From contig JBFWMB010000005.1 in assembly GCA_050251815.1 (NCBI GenBank), positions 17,787-81,786 of the forward strand: a stretch of DNA of 64,000 nt, written 5' to 3'. Positions 40,141 to 48,927 of this stretch are shown here, in pieces. The DNA comes from Salinivirgaceae bacterium (GTDB taxonomy: Bacteria > Bacteroidota > Bacteroidia > Bacteroidales > SZUA-534). Under the pieces are notes generated by a model. It did no database searches and was not told where the DNA came from. It saw only the letters and a list, made by a program, of their open reading frames with translations. Position 1 is the stretch's first letter. Every line of letters starts with the position of its first letter. A program made the position numbers and the translations under genes.

Positions 40141-40482
40141 AAATGCCTATTTTTTTTATTTTGTCGAGCAACAAAAGTAAAGTTTTTTTTAAAATTTGAG
40201 CTTAAAACCCAACGGTAATTCAATATTTTATGAAGTTCGGGTCAGGCACCTTCTTAACCAAACAAAACTGAAACAAAAACGCAACAGATCGTGTTAAATA
40301 ACCTTTTCATATAAAATTTGGTCGAAACTAATTAGTCATTGCCATGCATTTAAAAATTTAGCATCTATATTTGCAAAAACGAAACAGATCAGTCTGTTTT
40401 CAATTGTTGAGATACGCACAAGTAGTTTAAAGTGTGTACCAAATAAAAATAAGATTGCGAATTTATAACGACAAGAACCATC

Positions 40483-41274
40483 ATGATAAAAAACACTACA
40501 AATAAACCACTTATTCTGGTTACCAACGACGACGGCTATTTTGCTCCGGGCTTGAAAGAATTAATTGATATGGTAAAGCCTTATGGCAATGTACTTGTTG
40601 TTGCCCCCGAACAGGGAGTATCGGGAATGTCGCATGCCATTACCATAAAATCGCCCCTACGTGCCACTCTATTGGAGCAAAACAACGGACTTACCATTTA
40701 TAAGGTAAATGGAACGCCGGTTGATTGTGTAAAAATGGCCTTAAACCAAATTGCCGATAGGAAACCCGACATTTTGGTTTCAGGTATTAATCACGGATCT
40801 AATTCTTCAATAAGCGTTATTTATTCAGGTACCATGGGGGGTGCTATTGAAGGAAGTTTAAATAAAATTCCTTCTATCGGTTTTTCACTTTGCTCGCACC
40901 GGATGGATGCTGATTTTGGTCTGGTTAAAACCTATGGGGAACAAATTTTCACCAAAGTGCTTCAAAATGGGCTTCCCGATTATACCTGTCTTAATGTAAA
41001 CTTTCCGGTAATTTCAAAAGAAGATTTTAAAGGAATTAAAGTTTGCCGCCAGGCTCGAGGTGTTTGGCGCGAAGAGTACGACAAACGTACCGATCCGCAC
41101 GGGGGTGAGTACTATTGGTTAACCGGGAATTTCAGCAACGGTGAAAATGGTTCAACCGACACCGACGAATGGGCACTGGCAAATAATTTTGCTTCAATAG
41201 TTCCGGTTAAAACCGACTTTACCGATTTTGAATCAATAAAAAAATTAGAAGCTTATAATTTTAGCATTTCATAA
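40483..41274 (+). CDS. surE: 5'/3'-nucleotidase SurE
   Basis: LVTNDDG, GTPVDCV, SGINHG.N and YSGT motifs. TATATTTG -7 element at 40366-40373. Confidence 0.96.
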   Translation: MIKNTTNKPLILVTNDDGYFAPGLKELIDMVKPYGNVLVVAPEQGVSGMSHAITIKSPLRATLLEQNNGLTIYKVNGTPVDCVKMALNQIADRKPDILVSGINHGSNSSISVIYSGTMGGAIEGSLNKIPSIGFSLCSHRMDADFGLVKTYGEQIFTKVLQNGLPDYTCLNVNFPVISKEDFKGIKVCRQARGVWREEYDKRTDPHGGEYYWLTGNFSNGENGSTDTDEWALANNFASIVPVKTDFTDFESIKKLEAYNFSIS

Positions 41275-41277
41275 GTC

Positions 41278-41574
41278 ATGCAAAAAAAAGATTCTGTTTC
41301 ACTGGGTGTTTTTGTAGGTCTTATGCTACCCCTTATCCTGGTGGCTGCATTTGTAGTTTATTCCTACAAAACCACCGGATTAAATTCACTTATATCTGTA
41401 GTTAAACATTACCAGGCTTACAATATTTTATATAAGATTCTTTCGGTTAGTCTAATGCCCGGCGCCGGACTGTTTTTTTACTGGAGCCGCATTAACAAAT
41501 TGAACCAGGCTCGCGGTGTACTTATGATGTCACTGTTTTACGGAATAATGGTGCTTGTTTTATATATGACTTAA
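41278..41574 (+). CDS. Small membrane protein (about 3 TM)
   Basis: Hydrophobic 98-aa ORF tightly packed between surE and lpxB; ARGV motif. Confidence 0.75.
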   Translation: MQKKDSVSLGVFVGLMLPLILVAAFVVYSYKTTGLNSLISVVKHYQAYNILYKILSVSLMPGAGLFFYWSRINKLNQARGVLMMSLFYGIMVLVLYMT

Positions 41575-41584
41575 ACTCATTGTT

Positions 41585-42712
41585 ATGAAATATTATTTAA
41601 TAGCCGGGGAAGCCAGTGGCGATTTGCACGGGTCCAATTTAATGAAGTCGCTTCAGTCGGTTGATTCTGAGGCTCAATTCCGTTTTTGGGGCGGTGATTT
41701 AATGGCCCGGTATGGCGGAACTCCGGTAAAACATATCAGCGAACTGGCATTTATGGGATTTGTAAAAGTACTTACCAATCTGCCGACGATTATTAAAAAT
41801 CTAAAGCTCTGCAAGCAAGATATACTTGATTTTAATCCCGATGTTATTATTTTAATTGATTATGCCGGATTCAATCTTAAGATTGCCCAATTTGCCAAAT
41901 CAGAAAACTTTAAAGTACATTATTACATTTCTCCTAAAATATGGGCATGGAAAACCAATCGGATAAAACTTATTAAAAAATATGTGGACAAGATGTTCAC
42001 CATTTTACCTTTTGAGACCCAGTTTTACAAAAAATACCAATTCAATGTAAACTATGTGGGCAATCCGGTTAATGATGCCATATTTGCTCACGAAGGTTAC
42101 AATCAGACTTTTGAAGAATTTACTGCAGAACATCGGCTGGATGAACGACCAAAAATTGCTTTACTGGCGGGAAGTCGTAAACAGGAAGTACGACTGATGC
42201 TGCCAGTAATGATTGAAGTGAGCCATTTTTTCCCCAATTACCAATTTGTTGTTGCCGGAGCTCCGGGACTTGATTTGGCTTTTTATAAACAACATTTGGG
42301 CGCCCACAACATTCCCATACTTTTTAATCACACATACGAATTACTAAAACACAGCAAAGCTGCCCTCGTTACCTCAGGCACCGCCACATTGGAAACCGGT
42401 TTATTAAATGTTCCTCAGATTGTTTGTTACAAAACAAACATCGGAAATTTCCTGTATGCCATTGGACGAAAAATACTCAAAGTTAAATGGCTTTCGTTGG
42501 TAAATTTAATTCTTGAATACGAAGCCGTTCAGGAATTAACACAAAAAACATTCAAAAAAGAATACCTGGTAAAAGAACTAAATGCCTTATTGCACAATCA
42601 TACGTATCGCAATAAAATTCTTTCCGATTACAGCCTTCTCAGGGAAAAAATTGGAGGTCCGGGAGCTTCTGACAGAGCAGCCTTACAAATTTTTGACGAT
42701 TTAAAAGGCTAA
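41585..42712 (+). CDS. lpxB: Lipid-A-disaccharide synthase
   Basis: IAGEASGDLHG, IDYAGFN, SPKIWAW, GSR..E and SGTATLE motifs. Confidence 0.96.
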   Translation: MKYYLIAGEASGDLHGSNLMKSLQSVDSEAQFRFWGGDLMARYGGTPVKHISELAFMGFVKVLTNLPTIIKNLKLCKQDILDFNPDVIILIDYAGFNLKIAQFAKSENFKVHYYISPKIWAWKTNRIKLIKKYVDKMFTILPFETQFYKKYQFNVNYVGNPVNDAIFAHEGYNQTFEEFTAEHRLDERPKIALLAGSRKQEVRLMLPVMIEVSHFFPNYQFVVAGAPGLDLAFYKQHLGAHNIPILFNHTYELLKHSKAALVTSGTATLETGLLNVPQIVCYKTNIGNFLYAIGRKILKVKWLSLVNLILEYEAVQELTQKTFKKEYLVKELNALLHNHTYRNKILSDYSLLREKIGGPGASDRAALQIFDDLKG

Positions 42713-42742
42713 GCATTTCAATTTAAAAATTTACCCCAATTC

Positions 42743-43915
42743 ATGAATTCATTTGGTTTAACTTTTTCGCTCGTTTTTTTTCTGATAATAGGAACACAAG
42801 CCCAGCAGCAACAGGTAAAAGTTGCTCTTTTTTCTCACCAAAGCATAAAAAACCTTGCCATTGAACCCTTCGATGGCAAATACCAAATTATTGCGGACAA
42901 TCACAAACCCATTAAAGTAAAAAAAAATCATAAGCTGTATTTTACGTTGGTGGGCGATTCTATTTCACTTTGGGAACAAAACAACCACTTAGGATATTTC
43001 AAAAACCTATATATGATGGGTTTGGGTCGAATTAATTCATGTAAAATAGAACTTACCAATCCACTTTTTGATTCACGTATGTACGAAGGAGATTTTTACA
43101 TAAGCACTAACGGAGAAAAAGTAAGCATTGTAAATGATGTTTCCATTGACAGCTACCTGGCAGGTGTTGTTGAATCTGAATCGGGACCCAATGCACCTTA
43201 TGAATTTTACAAGTCGCAAGCCATTATCAGCCGAACCTATTTGCTCGAGTTAATATCGCGCCAGGGAAAAAACAACTACCAACTAAACGACGATGTAAAT
43301 CACCAGGTGTACAAAGGCATGAGCCTTAAAAATCCTTTGATAAAACAAGCCGTTTTACATACCAGCGGATTGGTAATTACCGACACAGCCAATCAGCTGA
43401 TTACTGCAACTTTTCATTCCAACTCCGGCGGACAAACTTTAAATTCTGAAGATGTATGGTTGTCATCAAAATCGTACCTGAAAGGAGCCGAGGACCCCTA
43501 CAGTTTAAACCAACGCAATACATTCTGGACAGATACACTGCTGGTTACCTATTGGCTCAATTACCTGAAAAGCAATGGTTTTGATATAGATTCTGAAGAC
43601 GCAAAAATTGACAACCTGTATTTTGAACAGCCTTTACGGACAAAATATTATGTTTACGAAAACGATACACTATCATTACGTAAAATCAGGGAAGATTTAA
43701 AACTGCGTTCCACCTGGTTTTCGTTTAAACCCGAAGGAAATTACCTTATTTTTATTGGACGGGGCTATGGGCACGGGGTTGGACTTTCACAGGAAGGCGC
43801 TATGCAAATGGCACGTGAGAACCACTCATTTCTCGACATCATTCACTTTTATTACAAACAGGTAAAAGTAGTTCACTTTAGTCAAACCACTGACAAATTG
43901 AATACTAAATCATAA
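42743..43915 (+). CDS. SpoIID/LytB-domain lytic transglycosylase
   Basis: YLAGVVESE, KSQAIISRTY, QVY, LRST and GRGYGHGVGLSQEGA motifs. Confidence 0.9.
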   Translation: MNSFGLTFSLVFFLIIGTQAQQQQVKVALFSHQSIKNLAIEPFDGKYQIIADNHKPIKVKKNHKLYFTLVGDSISLWEQNNHLGYFKNLYMMGLGRINSCKIELTNPLFDSRMYEGDFYISTNGEKVSIVNDVSIDSYLAGVVESESGPNAPYEFYKSQAIISRTYLLELISRQGKNNYQLNDDVNHQVYKGMSLKNPLIKQAVLHTSGLVITDTANQLITATFHSNSGGQTLNSEDVWLSSKSYLKGAEDPYSLNQRNTFWTDTLLVTYWLNYLKSNGFDIDSEDAKIDNLYFEQPLRTKYYVYENDTLSLRKIREDLKLRSTWFSFKPEGNYLIFIGRGYGHGVGLSQEGAMQMARENHSFLDIIHFYYKQVKVVHFSQTTDKLNTKS

Positions 43916-44076
43916 ATTGGTACAGGTATAGTAATTTATTATATTTGACTTTTGGGTTATTAGCCAAAAAATAAGTTTACAAGACAATGAAACTTTACAA
44001 CATAAAAAATTATTGGATTTCGAATAATTCATATATTATATAGTTGAATTACAATGTTTAACAAAATAGTATTCTC

Positions 44077-45201
44077 GTGAAAATTAGTTCAAATTTTGAT
44101 GGTGGAAATATTGAAGTGCTTAGTATAAATGACCACACCAATATTCAATTAAAAATAAGTAAAGACACCCATGCTGATTATTTTCAGTGGTTTTATTTTC
44201 GTCTTCAGGGAGCTGAGGGCTATCCCTGTAAAATGAAAATCGTAAACGCCGGCGAAGCTTCATTCCCCGAAGGATTTGAAAACTATTACGCCCGGGCATC
44301 GTACGACCGGGTAACCTGGTTTCAGATACCAACAAACTTCGATGGAAAAACACTAACTATCGATTTGATGCCCAAATACAATTCGGTGTATATCGCTTAT
44401 TTTGCACCATTTAGTTACGAACAACACCTCGATATGGTTCATCAGGCGCAATTGTCGCCACGTTGTGTTTTAACCAGCCTGGGTGATACGGTAGAAGGTC
44501 GCGATATCGACTTTTTAATCGCTGGTGAACCCGCCCCAAATAAAAAGAAAATCTGGGTAATTGCGCGTCAGCACCCGGGCGAAACCATGGCCGAATGGTT
44601 TATGCAAGGTTTTATAAATCGATTGCTCGACAGCGATGATCCGGCTTCCATACAACTACTCAATAAAGCAGTATTTTATTTGGTGCCTAACATAAATATC
44701 GATGGCAGCATTCACGGAAATCTCAGAGCCAATGCCAAAGGCATTAACCTGAATCGCGAATGGGCTGAACCTAGCCTGGAAAAAAGTCCGGAAGTTTACT
44801 ATATAAAAAATAAGATGGAAGAAACCGGAGTCGATCTTAATCTTGATATTCATGGTGATGAAGGATTGCCTTATGTTTTTCTTTCAGGTATTGAAGGAAT
44901 ACCCTCGTACGATGCAAAACTGCAACATTTAACTGAAAAGTTTTCAAATACCTGGAAGCAAATAAGTCCCGATTTTCAGGATGTAGAAGGCTATCCGAAA
45001 AACGAACCCAAAAAAGCCAACCTGGCCATTTGCTCAAAAAATATTGGTGAACAATTTAAATGTCTTTCACAAACTATTGAAATGCCTTTTAAACAAAACA
45101 ACAATATTCCAGACCCAATTTTTGGTTGGTCCCCCGATCGTTCCGAAAAGTTGGGTGAGTCGCTAATAAACACCTTACTTTTAATGGTCGATGATTTGTA
45201 A
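44077..45201 (+). CDS. M14-type cytosolic zinc carboxypeptidase
   Basis: ISSNFDGGN, QWFYF, ARQHPGE, GNLR, NLNR, DIHGDE and EMPFK motifs. GTG start. Confidence 0.9.
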   Translation: MKISSNFDGGNIEVLSINDHTNIQLKISKDTHADYFQWFYFRLQGAEGYPCKMKIVNAGEASFPEGFENYYARASYDRVTWFQIPTNFDGKTLTIDLMPKYNSVYIAYFAPFSYEQHLDMVHQAQLSPRCVLTSLGDTVEGRDIDFLIAGEPAPNKKKIWVIARQHPGETMAEWFMQGFINRLLDSDDPASIQLLNKAVFYLVPNINIDGSIHGNLRANAKGINLNREWAEPSLEKSPEVYYIKNKMEETGVDLNLDIHGDEGLPYVFLSGIEGIPSYDAKLQHLTEKFSNTWKQISPDFQDVEGYPKNEPKKANLAICSKNIGEQFKCLSQTIEMPFKQNNNIPDPIFGWSPDRSEKLGESLINTLLLMVDDL

Positions 45202-45374
45202 TTAATTTTACAATATAATTAACCAAGTTACGACTATTAAAAAAACAACAAATAATTACTTACGGTTTAGGGAAAACATATAATGCACAAACTAAAAACA
45301 GAAAACAACTTGAATTAAAAATCAGCTAACCAGTACCTGTAAAAAACAAAATTGAAAAAAAAGATCAATTAAAA

Positions 45375-45403
45375 TGTAACAAATTGAACTTCATTGCGTT
45401 TAA
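45375..45403 (+). promoter_or_regulatory. Putative ECF-sigma promoter (TGTAAC-N16-CGTTTAA)
   Basis: AAC-N16-CGT spacing typical of ECF promoters. A twin motif lies at 57687-57715 on the minus strand. Confidence 0.45.
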
Positions 45404-45463
45404 TCTACAAGTTAATTGACATTTTTAAATTACATTTCAAAGCCAATAATACATATTTATGTT

Positions 45464-45480
45464 TTGGCATTGTTTTTGAT
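45464..45480 (+). promoter_or_regulatory. Putative sigma-54 -24/-12 promoter (TTGGCATTGTTTTTGAT)
   Basis: TGGCA at -24 and TTGA at -12 with 12-nt spacing between GG (45466) and GA (45478). The -12 has GA instead of the canonical GC. Confidence 0.55.
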
Positions 45481-45490
45481 ATTAAAGAAT

Positions 45491-45621
45491 TAATCAGGTA
45501 CGTAATCTTTAAATAGTTGTTAAATGTTGTTTGTTGTTATACCATTCCTCTGGTAAAGAAAATCATAAATACTACCTGATTATTACACGAAAAGCTTTCT
45601 CCCCGAAAGCTTTTCTTTTTT
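45491..45621 (+). ncRNA. Candidate structured small RNA
   Basis: Perfect 10-bp closing stem TAATCAGGTA/TACCTGATTA, an internal UUGUU-rich loop, a TACCA/TGGTA hairpin, then a terminator. It starts about 12 nt after the sigma-54-like site. Confidence 0.5.
45589..45621 (+). terminator. Intrinsic terminator
   Basis: GAAAAGCTTTC-tcccc-GAAAGCTTTTC followed by T6. Confidence 0.85.
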
Positions 45622-45720
45622 AATTTACTAATGAAATAATCAATTCATCTTTTGTTAACATTCCGATAAAAACCAACTAATCTTAAACCGGTTTCTTTGT
45701 TCCAAACAAAAAAAGAAACT

Positions 45721-46074
45721 ATGAATTCAAAACACTTTACATCTTTCTTACTTTTACTGGTTTCATTCAGCCTAGCTCTTTCCGCCAAAAACAATCCAAC
45801 CAGGATTTATGGAACAGTGCAGGAAAACAATGAAGGAAAAACACAAGCCGTGGCTTTTGCTTATGTTTATATCGAAAACTCAACCTACTGTACCTATACC
45901 GACAGCGATGGAAACTTTGAAATGGAAGCACCATCAGGTACCCACACCCTGAAAGTTGTTTTTAAAGGATATAAAACGGCGGAACAAAAAGTAAAACCAG
46001 GGAACGACAAAGAGCTTAAGGTTACTCTTCAGCCCGAAGCTCCGACTTTTGCTGAAAATATCTCAGTTAACTAA
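45721..46074 (+). CDS. Standalone secreted carboxypeptidase-regulatory-like (CarboxypepD_reg) domain protein
   Basis: Signal peptide, then I.GTV......VAFAYVYI......TDSDGNF......G...L.V.F.GY motif. Confidence 0.8.
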   Translation: MNSKHFTSFLLLLVSFSLALSAKNNPTRIYGTVQENNEGKTQAVAFAYVYIENSTYCTYTDSDGNFEMEAPSGTHTLKVVFKGYKTAEQKVKPGNDKELKVTLQPEAPTFAENISVN

Positions 46075-46089
46075 AAATCCTTTCCCGGT

Positions 46090-47580
46090 TTAATACTCCA
46101 ATTCTTTTAAATCGAATTCGAGGGGCTGTTGCTGCTGAAAATCAAAAAGTGTGTACTGACGAATATTATAATAATAGGTCCAATAAGTTTTTTGAGCCTG
46201 AATGTACGAGCGTTGCGCCAAATCCTTCTCCTGCGAGGCAATATTCAAATCGAGTACGCCTATTTTACCTATTAAAAACCGCTGTTTGGTAACCTCGTAG
46301 CGCTTTCTGGCAATCTCATCAGCTTTTGATGCAATTAACACCTGGTCGTCCTGTTCATTAAACTGCATGACCTTAAGTAATACCTGTTGTTCAAAATCGA
46401 TGCGTGCTTGTTCAACCTGTGTTTTTACTACTTCCTGCTGACTTTGCGCCATTCGGTAGCGGCCTTTTCCCTGTCCCCAATCCAAAATAGGAATACGAAT
46501 ACCTAAATTGGCCTGTTGTTGATTTTCGGGTCTTTCATATGCTCCCGACAAGTAACCCGATGCCTGATTTAATCCAAATGAAGCATACAGTTCTGCATTA
46601 AACCGATTTTCAGCTTTTGCTTTGGCTACATCGCGTTCCGATTCAATTATCTGTCGCTGAAGTGAAAGAATGGTACCGCTATTTTCAACCGCTTGCTGAA
46701 TGGCTTCGTCGGTTTGAATTTCAAAAGCTGGCACTGAATCCTCAAGTACCAGCTGAATATCAACCAAATCGTTAAATCCTAAAAACGAACGTAAGCGAAA
46801 TTTACTGACAGCTAAATTAATTTTTGATTGCGCCAAATCCGATTTTGAGTTTAACAAGGCCAATTCACTCTGCAGCAAATCGTTCTCAGCAATAGTTCCA
46901 ATATTGTAGCGCCCCTGACTTATTTTAAAAATGGTATCGTTGTTATTGAAGTTCATTTCGGCAATATCAACGTTTAACTGACTCAGGGCTAAATCGTAAA
47001 AGTAGCTCACCGCTTTTTCTGATATCTCTTCCAGCTTACGGATGTATTCTTTTTTTGCTTCTTGGTATTTTAGGGGTTCTATTTTTTTCTCCCAGCGAAA
47101 CTGATTAAACTGCAAGGTGGGTTGGCTGTAGCCAATCATTAACGGAATAGAACGAAAAACCGTAGTATCGGTAACCAAATTATCGAAACGAGCCAAACCA
47201 CTTTCTATATAAAAATAGCCACCTGTAAAACCTACATTCTGATTTATTTGTGCTGAGACCGATGAAGTGTTATCCTGGACACTAATATAGCGTGTACTTC
47301 CATCGTCTTGCGAAACAGGCATGTAAGAGCGAGAAAATCCCAGTAAGGTGCTATTTAATGCCAGCGAAGGTAATCTGCTTGCTTTGTATGAACGAAACTC
47401 CCAATAGCTTGAACGAAAACGGTGCTTTGCCAATACCGCATCGGGCGATTGTTCTTTAGCCAAAACCAACACTTGTTCAAGTGTTAAGGTCTTATTTTGA
47501 GCAATTCCCTTTTTACCTGAACCAAAAAACAGGTTCACAAAAAGTAGGATTATTATTATTTGCAATTGATGAAATCTCAT
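46090..47580 (-). CDS. TolC-family outer membrane efflux protein
   Basis: Signal peptide, LP.L.L, IPI.DWG, RY..G and RF..GKI.VLDL helical repeats. Confidence 0.9.
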   Translation of the reverse strand: MRFHQLQIIIILLFVNLFFGSGKKGIAQNKTLTLEQVLVLAKEQSPDAVLAKHRFRSSYWEFRSYKASRLPSLALNSTLLGFSRSYMPVSQDDGSTRYISVQDNTSSVSAQINQNVGFTGGYFYIESGLARFDNLVTDTTVFRSIPLMIGYSQPTLQFNQFRWEKKIEPLKYQEAKKEYIRKLEEISEKAVSYFYDLALSQLNVDIAEMNFNNNDTIFKISQGRYNIGTIAENDLLQSELALLNSKSDLAQSKINLAVSKFRLRSFLGFNDLVDIQLVLEDSVPAFEIQTDEAIQQAVENSGTILSLQRQIIESERDVAKAKAENRFNAELYASFGLNQASGYLSGAYERPENQQQANLGIRIPILDWGQGKGRYRMAQSQQEVVKTQVEQARIDFEQQVLLKVMQFNEQDDQVLIASKADEIARKRYEVTKQRFLIGKIGVLDLNIASQEKDLAQRSYIQAQKTYWTYYYNIRQYTLFDFQQQQPLEFDLKELEY

Positions 47581-47604
47581 ACCCAAGCGTATTACATTAA
47601 ACAA

Positions 47605-48915
47605 TTATTCTGAACGCAAACTAACAACCGGATCCTGCTGAGCAGCTCTGCGAGCCGGCATGTACCCAAAAATTACCCCAACACTTACTGAAATACCAAA
47701 AGCAATAATCACTGAACCGGGATTTACCACAGTAAGAATACCGGCAAAATGGGTTACCATCGACGACATGATAAAACCAAGCAGAATTCCAATCAATCCT
47801 CCGGAAATACTAATAATGGTTGATTCGGCAATAAACTGAACGATAATATCTTTTCGGGTTGCTCCAAGTGCCATTCGGGTTCCAATTTCTTTAATGCGTT
47901 CCAATACCGAGGCCAACATGATATTCATAATACCAATACCGCCAACCAATAGTGAGATTCCTGCAATGGCCCCCAAAACAATATTAAAAATATCTTTGGT
48001 GCGCTGTTGTTGCTTAAGCAATAACTCCGGAACAATAATTTCATAATCGATAACCCCCTGATGCCTGCGTTCCAAGATACGGGAAATAATTTTTGTAGTT
48101 TGTTGTAAATGTTCAGTTTCATCAACCTGAACCACAATTTTATCGAGTTGATGGTAATTTGGTTTTAAGGTGCTTTTATTTTCCTCTTCATCATCACTTT
48201 TTAAATCAAGCGCCGTTATCAAAGCCCGGTTTTCAACCCGCAATAACATGGTTTGCACCGGAATATAAATTACATCCTGCCCGGTACTCAAACCTAATTT
48301 GCCTGTACTTTCGCCCACTGAGCGTTTTTCGGCAACACCCACAATCTTAAACCAAACATTACCACATTTAATGCTGTTTCCAATTACCTGAATAGAGGAG
48401 AAAAACCGTATGGCTAAATCTTCACTAATAATGCAAACCGGCAAGCCATGCAATTGCTGACAATCAGTAAACATGGCTCCTGAAAGTAACTGAATATTAA
48501 ACAAATCGAAAAAAGCAGGAGCTACACCATGCAATTTTGCCGAACGACGAATTCCGGTCTGAACTACATAAGTGTCTTTTGTTATTTGAGGACTTAAGGT
48601 GCGAATTACGGGAATTACTTCACGAATGGCTTCCATATCGCTCATGTTAAGTCCGGGTGAATATTTATTCGATGGCTGCAGTGTTTCATCAGCTTCAACT
48701 TCCTGAGTCTCAATCACCGGTTGAATAATAATATTATTTACACCAACCATTTTCATCTGCTCCAAAATTTCCTGCTGTGCCCCATTTCCGATAGCCAGCA
48801 TGCTAATAACCGCAGCAACTCCAAAAATAATTCCCAAAGCAGTTAGTATGGATTTTATTTTATTGGCTAATATGGCTTCAAAAGCAATGGCAATGTCGTT
48901 TAGGTAACGTTCCAT
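47605..48915 (-). CDS. MacB/FtsX-like ABC transporter permease (no ATPase domain)
   Basis: LTALGIIFGVAAVI, ISLLVGGIGIMNIML, ERIKEIG.RMALGA and PARRAA motifs. Confidence 0.92.
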   Translation of the reverse strand: MERYLNDIAIAFEAILANKIKSILTALGIIFGVAAVISMLAIGNGAQQEILEQMKMVGVNNIIIQPVIETQEVEADETLQPSNKYSPGLNMSDMEAIREVIPVIRTLSPQITKDTYVVQTGIRRSAKLHGVAPAFFDLFNIQLLSGAMFTDCQQLHGLPVCIISEDLAIRFFSSIQVIGNSIKCGNVWFKIVGVAEKRSVGESTGKLGLSTGQDVIYIPVQTMLLRVENRALITALDLKSDDEEENKSTLKPNYHQLDKIVVQVDETEHLQQTTKIISRILERRHQGVIDYEIIVPELLLKQQQRTKDIFNIVLGAIAGISLLVGGIGIMNIMLASVLERIKEIGTRMALGATRKDIIVQFIAESTIISISGGLIGILLGFIMSSMVTHFAGILTVVNPGSVIIAFGISVSVGVIFGYMPARRAAQQDPVVSLRSE

Positions 48916-48927
48916 TAATTCTATGAT

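Noticed and set aside
45524-45556. 10-aa ORF MLFVVIPFLW as a standalone CDS call
   Set aside because: It is too short to support from sequence alone, and hydrophobic codons are expected in a T-rich tract. It is kept only as a possibility within the sRNA finding.
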